Source of the DNA: an uncultured Sphingomonas sp.
Lineage (GTDB): Bacteria; Pseudomonadota; Alphaproteobacteria; Sphingomonadales; Sphingomonadaceae
Direction: 5' to 3'
Assembly (NCBI RefSeq): GCF_964244235.1
Contig: NZ_CAXTII010000001.1
Coordinates: 2,882-66,881 of the forward strand
Length of the DNA: 64,000 nt
Part shown: positions 56,553 through 64,000 of the stretch, piece after piece
How the letters are laid out: the number at the start of each line of letters is the position of its first letter
Position numbering within the stretch: position 1 is the first letter of the stretch
Notes under the pieces: model-generated
Database searches by the model: none
What the model saw: the letters and a program-made list of their open reading frames with translations, nothing else
What the model was told of the DNA's origin: nothing
Program-made: the position numbers and the translations under genes

Positions 56553-56564
56553 ATCGCCTGCCTG

Positions 56565-57776
56565 CTACCGCCCTCCGAACCCGCTCGGCGCGGGCGACAC
56601 CACCACCGGCCCGCCGGCGCGGATTTCCTGCACTTCCAGCGCGCGTTCGGCGATGTCGTCGCGTCCGAAGCGGAACGCGCCGTCCAGCCCGGCAAATCCG
56701 CCCTGGTCACGCAGACGCGCCTCCGGGAAAGGCGACCCCGCGCGCCAGTCGCGGGCGATCCGGACCGTCAACAAGACCGCGTCATAGCCCAGGCTCGACA
56801 GGCGGTAGGGCGAGGTGCCGAACCGTACGCGATATTTGGCGGCATATTGGCGGTACAGCGTGTCCGCGACGCTGGCGAACCACGCGCCGGTCAGCGCAGG
56901 CTTCGCGGCGATTCCGTTTTCCGCGTTCCACAATTCGGTGCCGAGCACATGCATCGACGGGCCGCTCTGCTTGCGAAGCGTGGGCGCGGCGAGCGCGGCG
57001 GTCGCACCCGAGTCCGCAACGAGAACCGCGCCATAGGGGGCCTTCGCCGCCAGCTTGCCTGCCGCCGCGGCGATCCCGCCGGTCGCGTGGCCATAGGTCT
57101 CCAGCGACACCACTTGCCCGCGCGCGCCCTCGACCGAGCGGAGGAACGCGGTCGACGCGCGCTGGCCGTAAAGCCCGTTTGGGACCAGGGCGGCAAAGGC
57201 GGTGACGCCGCGTCCGCGCGCATAACCGACGACCCGATCGACCGATTGCGACGGGACATATCCCATCACATAGGTGCCGCTACCCGCGACGCCGCCATCG
57301 TTGGAAAAGCTGATGACCGGTACGCCCACCGCGTGTGCGATCGGTGCGACCGCGCGGACATCGTCGGCCAGCAACGGCCCCAGGATCAGCTGCGCACCGT
57401 CCGCGAGCGCGTGCTGCGCCGCATCCGCTGCGCCCGTTGCGGTATCGTAATTGGTGATCCGGACCTTCTCGTTCTGCGTGTCGAGCAACGCGAGCATCGT
57501 CGCGTTCGCGATCGACTGGCCGACACCGGCATTCGCACCCGACAGCGGCACCAGCAGCGCTACCCGGTTGCGCTGCGTATCCAGCGGGATACCGGTCGCG
57601 ACGCCTTCGCCGGGCTGCGCGGTCGGCAGGCGCGGGGCCCGACGCTCGGGTGCCTCCACCGCGCCGCGCGGGACGACCGTCTGACACGCGCCGAGCAGGC
57701 ACGCTGCCGCCAGGGCGATCCATCGCCCCGTCCGTCGTTTCGAACGCGACTGTGCTATCGTCCGCTGCTCTGCCAT
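56565..57776 (-). CDS. Periplasmic-binding-fold lipoprotein (penicillin-binding protein activator / LpoA-like)
   Basis: RWIALAAACLLGAC is a lipobox, and the body resembles type-1 periplasmic binding proteins. It is divergent from rsmI, as is common for this family. Confidence 0.72.
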   Translation of the reverse strand: MAEQRTIAQSRSKRRTGRWIALAAACLLGACQTVVPRGAVEAPERRAPRLPTAQPGEGVATGIPLDTQRNRVALLVPLSGANAGVGQSIANATMLALLDTQNEKVRITNYDTATGAADAAQHALADGAQLILGPLLADDVRAVAPIAHAVGVPVISFSNDGGVAGSGTYVMGYVPSQSVDRVVGYARGRGVTAFAALVPNGLYGQRASTAFLRSVEGARGQVVSLETYGHATGGIAAAAGKLAAKAPYGAVLVADSGATAALAAPTLRKQSGPSMHVLGTELWNAENGIAAKPALTGAWFASVADTLYRQYAAKYRVRFGTSPYRLSSLGYDAVLLTVRIARDWRAGSPFPEARLRDQGGFAGLDGAFRFGRDDIAERALEVQEIRAGGPVVVSPAPSGFGGR

Positions 57777-58632
57777 GGTCGCCCCTATGAACCCGCTCGA
57801 TTCCAAGTCTCTTGGGCCAGGCCTCTACATCGTCGCGACCCCGATCGGCAATCTTGGCGATCTGAGCCCGCGCGCCGCCGACATATTGTCGCGCGCGGAT
57901 ATCATCGCAGTGGAGGACAGCCGGGTGACCGCCGGGCTGCTCCGCCATATCGGCGTCAAGCGGCCGATGCTGCCGTACCACGATCACAATGCGGAAGGGA
58001 TGCGCCCCGGGCTGATCGCGCGGATGGCGACGCAGGCGGTCGCGCTGGTGTCGGACGCCGGGACGCCGCTGATCTCCGATCCCGGCTACAAGCTGGTGCG
58101 CGACGCGCGCGCGGCGGGGCATGCGGTGGTGACGATCCCGGGGCCCTGCGCCGCGGTCGCCGCGCTGACGCTGGCGGGGTTGCCGACCGACCGGTTCCTG
58201 TTCGTCGGGTTCCTGCCGAGCAAGGCCAAGGCGCGCGCCGATGCGATCGCGGAGGTAGCGGGCATCCGTGCGACGCTGGTGTTCTACGAGTCCGGACCAC
58301 GGACGGCGGCGTGCCTGTCCGCGCTGGCCGAGGGACTGGGCGACCGCGAGGCGGCGGTGACTCGCGAGATCACCAAGAAGTTCGAAGAGGCGGTGACGGG
58401 GACGCTATCGACGCTCGCCGCGCGCTACGCCGATGTGCCGCCGCGCGGAGAGGTCGTGATCGTCGTCGCGCCGCCGGGCGAGGCAGCCCCCGCCAGCGCC
58501 GAGGACGGCGACGCGGCCCTCGCGGAAGCGCTGACCCGGCTGCCCGCGGCCAGGGCGGCGGGCGAGGTCGCCAAGCGGCTCGGGCTCGATCGCAAGACGC
58601 TATACGCCCGCGCGCTGGCGATGAAGGGATGA
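57775..58632 (+). CDS. rsmI: 16S rRNA (cytidine1402-2'-O)-methyltransferase
   Basis: GLYIVATPIGNLGDLSPRA...ISDPG. An alternative ATG lies at 57787. Confidence 0.9.
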   Translation: MVAPMNPLDSKSLGPGLYIVATPIGNLGDLSPRAADILSRADIIAVEDSRVTAGLLRHIGVKRPMLPYHDHNAEGMRPGLIARMATQAVALVSDAGTPLISDPGYKLVRDARAAGHAVVTIPGPCAAVAALTLAGLPTDRFLFVGFLPSKAKARADAIAEVAGIRATLVFYESGPRTAACLSALAEGLGDREAAVTREITKKFEEAVTGTLSTLAARYADVPPRGEVVIVVAPPGEAAPASAEDGDAALAEALTRLPAARAAGEVAKRLGLDRKTLYARALAMKG

Positions 58633-58997
58633 GGACGCGGGGGACAGGCGAGCGCCGCGTCGCCGAAGCCGCAGGCCGGCGCGGCGAGCGGATGGCGGGG
58701 TGGTGGTTACGGCTCAAGGGCTGGCAGATCCTCGATCGCCGCGTCCGGACGCCCGCCGGGGAGGTCGATATCGTCGCCAAGCGCGGCGGCCTGGTCGCGT
58801 TCGTGGAGGTGAAGGCGCGCGCCACCGCCGCCGAACTGGATTTCGCGATCGACGAACGCCGGCTTGCGCGGGTGGCCGCGGCGGCGGAATATCTGATGCC
58901 GTGCTATGCCGGGGCGGGGGAGGACATCCGCATCGACGTGATCCTGCTCGCACCGGGCACACGGCCGCGGCATATCGAGAATGCGTGGATGCCATGA
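58629..58997 (+). CDS. yraN: YraN family endonuclease (UPF0102)
   Basis: ...GWQILDRRVRTPAGEVDIVAKRGGLVAFVEVKAR... The ATG overlaps the rsmI stop. This is the only credible part of track ORF 56847..58997. Confidence 0.85.
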   Translation: MRTRGTGERRVAEAAGRRGERMAGWWLRLKGWQILDRRVRTPAGEVDIVAKRGGLVAFVEVKARATAAELDFAIDERRLARVAAAAEYLMPCYAGAGEDIRIDVILLAPGTRPRHIENAWMP

Positions 58998-59092
58998 AGC
59001 CGAAACCCCCCTGCCTGGCGCGCAACGAACGGGATAGGACGCCGTGACATGCGAGTGGCATTGCCTAACTGCACGCGAAACCGAGGACCATC

Positions 59093-60043
59093 ATGCCGTT
59101 AACCGTCGCCGTCCAGATGGACCCGCTCGAAGACCTCAACATCGCGGGCGACTCCACCTTCGCACTGATGCTGTCCGCGCAGGCGCGCGGTCACCGGCTG
59201 TTCCATTACGGTGCCGAAGACCTGAACTATCGCGACGGCCGGGTGTGGACTCGCGCGCATCCTGTGAGGGTGCAGCGGGTCGAGGGCGATCACTTCACGT
59301 TCGGCAACCCCGTCAGCCTGGATCTTGGCGACGACGTCGACGTCGTGCTGATGCGGCAGGACCCGCCGTTCGACCTTGGCTACATCACCGCGACGCATCT
59401 GCTCGAGCGGATCGCGCACCGGACATTGGTGGTCAACGATCCCGCCAGCGTCCGCAACGCGCCGGAGAAGGTCTTCGTTCTCGATTACCCGCAGTTCATG
59501 CCGCCGACGCTGGTCACCCGAAGCCTGGACGAGACGCGGGCGTTCCTGAAGGAACACGGCGCGATCGTCATCAAGCCGCTGCACGGCAACGGCGGCAAGG
59601 CGATCTTCAAGGTTGGGCCCGAGGGCGAGAACCTGTCCGCACTGATGGAAGTCTTCAACCAGACCTGGCGCGAGCCGCATATGGTGCAGGCGTTCCTTCC
59701 CGATGTGGCGAAGGGCGACAAGCGGATCGTGCTGGTCGATGGAAAGGTCGCGGGCGCGATCAACCGGCTGCCGGGGGCAGGCGAAATCCGCTCCAATCTG
59801 GCGGTCGGCGGATCGGCGGAGAAATCCGTGCTGACCGCGAAGGAGGAACAGATCTGCGCGCTGCTCGGACCCGAACTAGCCGCCCGCGGGCTCTTGTTCG
59901 TCGGCATCGACGTGATCGGCGGCGAGTGGCTGACCGAGATCAACGTGACCTCACCGACCGGCATCGTCGCGATCGAACGCTTCGATGGCATGGATGTTAC
60001 CGGGACGATCTGGGAAGCGATCGAGGCGAAGGCGGCGAGGTAA
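59093..60043 (+). CDS. gshB: Glutathione synthase
   Basis: MPLTVAVQMDPLEDLNIAGDSTF...IVIKPLHGNGG...EINVTSPTG, an ATP-grasp fold. Confidence 0.95.
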   Translation: MPLTVAVQMDPLEDLNIAGDSTFALMLSAQARGHRLFHYGAEDLNYRDGRVWTRAHPVRVQRVEGDHFTFGNPVSLDLGDDVDVVLMRQDPPFDLGYITATHLLERIAHRTLVVNDPASVRNAPEKVFVLDYPQFMPPTLVTRSLDETRAFLKEHGAIVIKPLHGNGGKAIFKVGPEGENLSALMEVFNQTWREPHMVQAFLPDVAKGDKRIVLVDGKVAGAINRLPGAGEIRSNLAVGGSAEKSVLTAKEEQICALLGPELAARGLLFVGIDVIGGEWLTEINVTSPTGIVAIERFDGMDVTGTIWEAIEAKAAR

Positions 60044-60364
60044 GGGCTCCATTGCCCGGGCAGGCCAACGGGCAGTCGCGAGGCGGCAGATGGGCGACCT
60101 TGCCCCCACTGGCAATGTTGGAATTTCCATGCGAGCCCCGGCGGATGATCGCGCAAACCATCGGTTCGCTTCGCGTCGTGACGCGTCCCAACAGGGCGCA
60201 ATCACCAACACGCCCCCAACCCATTGTTTTCGAACGATGTGGAAAGCGCAATGGCACGCCTCCACTTCCTCCACTTCCGCGGGCCAGGATCGGCACCATC
60301 GCTACCCGGTCGACAGCGCGGCGCTTGGTCCGCTAGGCGCTGGCATGACGGATAGGGGACAGAC

Positions 60365-61669
60365 ATGACCGAGGCATTGCGGATCGGATTGGCGGGACTT
60401 GGGACGGTCGGCGGCGGTGTCGTGCGGTTGCTCGACGCCAATCGCGATCTCATTGCCCGGCGGGCGGGGCGGTCGATCGAGATCGTCGCGGTGTCGGCGC
60501 GGGACCGGACGAAGGATCGCGGGGTCGATCTGTCGCGCTTCGACTGGGTCGACGACACGACCGCGATGCCGGACCGCGCCGATGTCGACGTGGTGGTGGA
60601 ATTGATCGGTGGATCGGACGGCCCCGCGCTGACGCTGGCGCGGCGGACGCTGTTGGCGGGGAAGGGTTTCGTTACCGCCAACAAGGCGATGATCGCACAT
60701 CACGGTATGGAACTGGCGACGGCCGCCGAGACGGGGAGGGCACCACTGGCGTTCGAGGCGGCGGTCGCAGGCGGCATACCGGTCATCAAGGGGCTGCGCG
60801 ACGGTGCCGCGGCGAACGAGATCGCGCGCGTCTACGGTATCCTGAACGGCACCTGCAATTTCATCCTGTCGAAGATGGAAGCGCCCGCCGACAAGGGCGG
60901 CGGCCACGACTTCGCCGAGGTGCTGAACGAGGCGCAGGCGTTGGGCTATGCCGAGGCCGACCCCGGCTTCGACATCGACGGCGTCGATGCGGCGCACAAG
61001 CTGGCGATCCTGGCGTCCGTCGCGTTCGGCACCAGGCCCGCCTTTGCCGATGTCGTGTCGAGCGGTATCCGTCACATCATGGCCGCCGATGTCGCGGAGG
61101 CGGCGTCGCTCGGGTACCGGATCCGTCTGCTCGGGATCGCGGAGGCGGGGCCGTACGGGCTGTTCCAGCGAGTCCATCCGCATCTCGTGCCGATCGACCA
61201 TCCGCTGGCGCATGTCACCGGATCGTTGAATGCGGTGGTGGCGGAGGGCAATTTCGTCGGTCGCCTGCTGTTTCAGGGCGCAGGTGCCGGCGACGGGCCG
61301 ACCGCGTCGGCGGTCGTCGCGGACCTGATCGACATCGCGCGCGGCGAATATGGGCCGGCCTTCGCGATGCCGGTCGCCGCGCTGACCGCGATGCCGCGCG
61401 CCGACACCGGCGACCGGCGCGGGCGCGCCTATCTTCGCTTCGCCGTGGCGGACCGGGTCGGCGTGCTGGCGGAAATCGCCGCGGCGATGCGCGATGCGGG
61501 CGTGTCGATCGAAAGCCTGATCCAGCGCGGGGTCATGACCGACGGCCAGGTGCTGATCGCCATCGTGACGCACGAAGGGCCCGAACGCTGCGTCGCGCAG
61601 GCACTGGAGAAACTTCGCGGGTCGCCGAGCGTCGTGGGACAGCCGTTGTGGATGCATATTCTGGGGTGA
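60365..61669 (+). CDS. hom: Homoserine dehydrogenase
   Basis: LRIGLAGLGTVGGGVVRLL, TANKA and a C-terminal ACT domain. Confidence 0.95.
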   Translation: MTEALRIGLAGLGTVGGGVVRLLDANRDLIARRAGRSIEIVAVSARDRTKDRGVDLSRFDWVDDTTAMPDRADVDVVVELIGGSDGPALTLARRTLLAGKGFVTANKAMIAHHGMELATAAETGRAPLAFEAAVAGGIPVIKGLRDGAAANEIARVYGILNGTCNFILSKMEAPADKGGGHDFAEVLNEAQALGYAEADPGFDIDGVDAAHKLAILASVAFGTRPAFADVVSSGIRHIMAADVAEAASLGYRIRLLGIAEAGPYGLFQRVHPHLVPIDHPLAHVTGSLNAVVAEGNFVGRLLFQGAGAGDGPTASAVVADLIDIARGEYGPAFAMPVAALTAMPRADTGDRRGRAYLRFAVADRVGVLAEIAAAMRDAGVSIESLIQRGVMTDGQVLIAIVTHEGPERCVAQALEKLRGSPSVVGQPLWMHILG

Positions 61670-61698
61670 AGGGGGTACAATGCACCTCAACCTTCTTC

Positions 61699-61804
61699 GT
61701 CACCCCGGACTTGATCCGGGGTCTATCGGGCGGCGCGCGCGCCGTCGGAGGCTCTTGTCGTTTCGCTCACGGCACCATGGACCCCGGATCAAGTCCGGGG
61801 TGAC
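61699..61804. repeat. MITE-like element: perfect 25-bp terminal inverted repeats separated by 56 bp
   Basis: GTCACCCCGGACTTGATCCGGGGTC (61699..61723) and its exact reverse complement (61780..61804). Each arm is itself a 7-bp hairpin. Confidence 0.85.
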
Positions 61805-61833
61805 GGTGGGGAGGATTACGGATTGGGCGCGAT

Positions 61834-62280
61834 CTACGGCAGCAACCGCCCCGCGGTGTCCGCCGGCGGATCGTCGAGCGGGATCGATACGCCCTTGTCC
61901 TTGTAGTGGCGCTTCTTGAACCCGTTCTGCGCGAGATCGATCGCGCCGGCGACCAGCTTGGGGACGACATACCCGCCCCCCGCGACGGGGCAGGCTTCGC
62001 CATACGCACCGCATTCGCCTCTGCCCGATGGTCCGTCGAGCGCGACCGCGGCCGACAGATCGGGGTTGGACGGCACCGGATGATCGGGCGGCCCGCGGAA
62101 CTGCGGCAGCGGCAGGCGCGGCGTGATCGCATCGGGATGACCACAGACGACGATGTCCTTGCCCTGATCGTCGCTTGCTGCCGCGCAGGGGGCTTGCAGG
62201 ATCGACCATTGCTTCGGGGCCAAGGGCGGCGTCGGAGACGCGGCGGTCTGGAGCAGGAGGAACAACGCAAGTGCCGTCAC
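61834..62280 (-). CDS. Secreted hypothetical protein (148 aa, GTG start)
   Basis: VTALALFLLLQTAASP is a signal-like N-terminus, followed by ...PCAAASDDQGKDIVVCGHPD... The GTG overlaps the stop of the upstream gene (GTGA). The track ORF is extended to 62550. Confidence 0.5.
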   Translation of the reverse strand: MTALALFLLLQTAASPTPPLAPKQWSILQAPCAAASDDQGKDIVVCGHPDAITPRLPLPQFRGPPDHPVPSNPDLSAAVALDGPSGRGECGAYGEACPVAGGGYVVPKLVAGAIDLAQNGFKKRHYKDKGVSIPLDDPPADTAGRLLP

Positions 62281-62636
62281 GGTGCCATCGGCCGGATACC
62301 GCCCGCATCGACCTTGCCCGATCCGCTGCCGGGACCGAATGCTATGTCGACATGCACGCCAGCCAACCCGCCACCCACCAGAAACGGGCTGAGGTCCTGG
62401 ATCGGCGTATTGCGGTGGAGCAGCTTGCCGCGCTCGGCCACGACATCGTCGCCCCGCGCCACCGTCGGGGTCACGAAGGGCACGCGGAACCGGTCGGCGT
62501 GGCGAAGCCCGCACACGGTAATGTCGGTCGTGTCCGGATTGACGGTGCACCGCGTTTCCGCGGTGGTGCGCAGCTTCTCCCCGGCGATCAATGCCGCCGG
62601 GTCCGCCGTCCGGATCAGCAGGGCAAGGAGCATCAT
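62277..62636 (-). CDS. Secreted hypothetical protein (119 aa)
   Basis: MMLLALLIRTADPAA...RCTVNPDTTDITVCGLRHADRFRVP. It shares a C-x(7-9)-DIxVCG motif with the downstream gene. Confidence 0.5.
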   Translation of the reverse strand: MMLLALLIRTADPAALIAGEKLRTTAETRCTVNPDTTDITVCGLRHADRFRVPFVTPTVARGDDVVAERGKLLHRNTPIQDLSPFLVGGGLAGVHVDIAFGPGSGSGKVDAGGIRPMAP

Positions 62637-62661
62637 GGCCTCCGGCGCTGCGGCTCGGCGA

Positions 62662-62973
62662 TCAGCCGAACAGCTTGGACTTCAACCCGCCGAGCATCCC
62701 GCCGATGCCGCCCTCTTGTCCTTCCAGCAGGCCGGCGAACTGGCCCAATGCGCCCTCGCCGCCGATATGGCTGACAATGTCCTGCAGCTTGTTCGGCTCG
62801 ATCCCCGTATTGTCCGCGGCCGTCGCCACCGTGTCGCCGGGTTGGCCATGTGCCTGGCCGAGCGCGGTCATCGCCTGTTCGACCTGATCGGGGGTCAGCC
62901 CGACCTTTGCCGCAAGCGTGTCTACATCGACATTCCCGGTCACCTGGCTGAGCAGTCCGTCGAGCATTCCCAT
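62662..62973 (-). CDS. 103-aa Gly-rich small protein (DUF937-like, hypothetical)
   Basis: MGMLDGLLSQVTGNVDVDTLAAKVGLTPDQVEQAMTALG...GGIGGMLGGLKSKLFG. Confidence 0.5.
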   Translation of the reverse strand: MGMLDGLLSQVTGNVDVDTLAAKVGLTPDQVEQAMTALGQAHGQPGDTVATAADNTGIEPNKLQDIVSHIGGEGALGQFAGLLEGQEGGIGGMLGGLKSKLFG

Positions 62974-63051
62974 CGTTCGTCTCCGTCGCGCTTGTGTCGG
63001 TATGCAACAGTTAGCAGGTCTCGCCGGTCTTCGCGACCGGGTTTCGCACGG

Positions 63052-63501
63052 TCAGACGATGCCCAGATCCGCGGGGCCGAACGCGTCCGGCAGCAATTGC
63101 GACAAGGCGTAGCTGGCGACCGCGTCGCCTTCGGCTGCACCGCAATGGATGGGCAGGTCGATCCCCGCCATCTGCGCCGCCTCGTTCAGCACCTGGCGGC
63201 AACGGCCGCAGGGGCTGACCGGTCGGTCGCCGGTCGCCCGACCGTCCGCGTCCATCGCGCCGCCGATGACCCCTACCGCGACGATCTGTGCGATCCGCCC
63301 CTGCGCGCTGGCGGTCGCGACCGCGACGGTTTCCGCGCACAGCGACAGGCCGTAGCTTGCGTTCTCGACATTCGCGCCGGTCACGATGCTGCCATCCGCC
63401 ATCAGCAGCGCGGCACCGACCGCGAAGCGCGAATAGGGGGCATGGGCATGGGCCGAGGCGGCACGCGCCGCGTCGATCAGGCGGTCGATCTCGTCGGTCA
63501 T
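63052..63501 (-). CDS. cdd: Cytidine deaminase
   Basis: HAPYSRFAVGAAL...CAE...PCGRCRQVLNE are the zinc ligands. The track ORF is extended to 63705. Confidence 0.9.
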   Translation of the reverse strand: MTDEIDRLIDAARAASAHAHAPYSRFAVGAALLMADGSIVTGANVENASYGLSLCAETVAVATASAQGRIAQIVAVGVIGGAMDADGRATGDRPVSPCGRCRQVLNEAAQMAGIDLPIHCGAAEGDAVASYALSQLLPDAFGPADLGIV

Positions 63502-63995
63502 CGCATGCCTTCGTCGCCGCGGATGTGGAGGACGCAGATCAAGGTGAACAGCCGCCGTGCGGTGTCGAAATCGACCTCGATCTTTCCCGCCAGCCGATCC
63601 TTCAGCAGTTCGGCGGCTTCGTTGTGAATACCCCGCCGCGCCATGTCGACGGTCTCGATCTGTTGCGGCGTGCTGGCACGGATCGCCTGGAAATAGCTGT
63701 CGCAAATCGCGAAATAATCGCGGATCGGGCGGCGAAATCGCCCGAGCGCCAGCACCAGGGTCTCCAGATGCGACCCGTCCTCGCGGTACATATGGATGCC
63801 AAGCCGTCCCTCTTCGGACTCCAGCTTGATCCGGTACGGCCCCGCATAGCCATCGGCATGCTGACGCTGCGGCGCGAAATGATTGCCCTCGATCAGGTCG
63901 AAGATCGCGATCCGCCGTTCCTGTTCGATATCCGCCGACCGCCAGCCGAGACTGCGTTCGTCGAGGTCTATCGCGATGATCCGGGGGTCGCCCAT
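63498..63995 (-). CDS. UPF0262 family protein
   Basis: MGDPRIIAIDLDERSLGWRSADIEQERRIAIFDLIEGNHF. Its stop overlaps the cdd start. Confidence 0.82.
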   Translation of the reverse strand: MGDPRIIAIDLDERSLGWRSADIEQERRIAIFDLIEGNHFAPQRQHADGYAGPYRIKLESEEGRLGIHMYREDGSHLETLVLALGRFRRPIRDYFAICDSYFQAIRASTPQQIETVDMARRGIHNEAAELLKDRLAGKIEVDFDTARRLFTLICVLHIRGDEGMR

Positions 63996-64000
63996 CACGG

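Noticed and set aside
56847-58628. N-terminal ~590 codons of track ORF 56847..58997
   Set aside because: Only the last 122 codons (YraN) look real. The upstream part is antisense to the LpoA-like gene and out of frame with rsmI.
60302-61690. 462-aa minus-strand ORF
   Set aside because: It is antisense to homoserine dehydrogenase, which has clear NAD-binding and ACT motifs.
61906-63627. 573-aa + strand ORF spanning four minus-strand genes
   Set aside because: It is a shadow ORF. The minus strand encodes cdd and signal-peptide proteins with sensible starts and couplings.

Overview
High-G+C chromosomal segment. 60-nt lines I counted in ordinary genes are about 65% G+C. It looks alphaproteobacterial and most like Sphingomonadaceae, because it carries serine palmitoyltransferase with a dedicated ACP, a PhyR/NepR/EcfG stress locus and a long TonB-dependent receptor. 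I can support about 60 protein genes and one tRNA-Ser(CGA). I see no rRNA, no CRISPR and no recognisable transposase or integrase. All family calls come from motifs I recognise in the translations, not from database searches. Gene order: (1) general stress response locus with HisKA_2 kinase, nepR, phyR, a mini membrane ORF and ecfG; (2) glnE, bcp, M23 peptidase, erpA, xthA; (3) envelope/lipid block with an OM barrel, a 384-aa GNAT, a desaturase-family protein, lptG-lptF, a CHASE3 hybrid kinase and spt-acp-SDR reductase (ceramide-type module); (4) proB, Uma2 endonuclease, obgE, TetR, GNAT, rpmA-rplU, hspQ, tRNA-Ser; (5) a decayed stretch with a galU fragment; (6) sugar-acid genes (IlvD/Edd dehydratase, lactonase-dgoK-dgoA-GntR) next to a broken SSS transporter; (7) a divergent pair of domain-fusion glycan genes (glycosyltransferase+UDP-galactopyranose mutase; GH1-like+RmlD-like); (8) a TonB-dependent receptor flanked by two TPR-fused 2OG-oxygenase-type genes; (9) a valine catabolism operon (mmsA, acyl-CoA dehydrogenase, hydrolase, hydratase, mmsB) interrupted by palindromic repeats and one atypical membrane ORF; (10) an ~0.85-kb AT-rich islet with tandem zinc-ribbon ORFs bounded by short direct repeats; (11) housekeeping genes hemW, rsmI, yraN, gshB, hom and cdd. 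The observations most worth follow-up are the AT-rich islet, the fused Galf/rhamnose-type glycan gene pair, the rewired stress locus with sub-threshold NepR-type ORFs, the oxygenase-flanked receptor locus, and in-frame hexanucleotide microsatellites in two enzymes. Many long ORFs in the track are antisense shadows typical of high-G+C DNA and were rejected.
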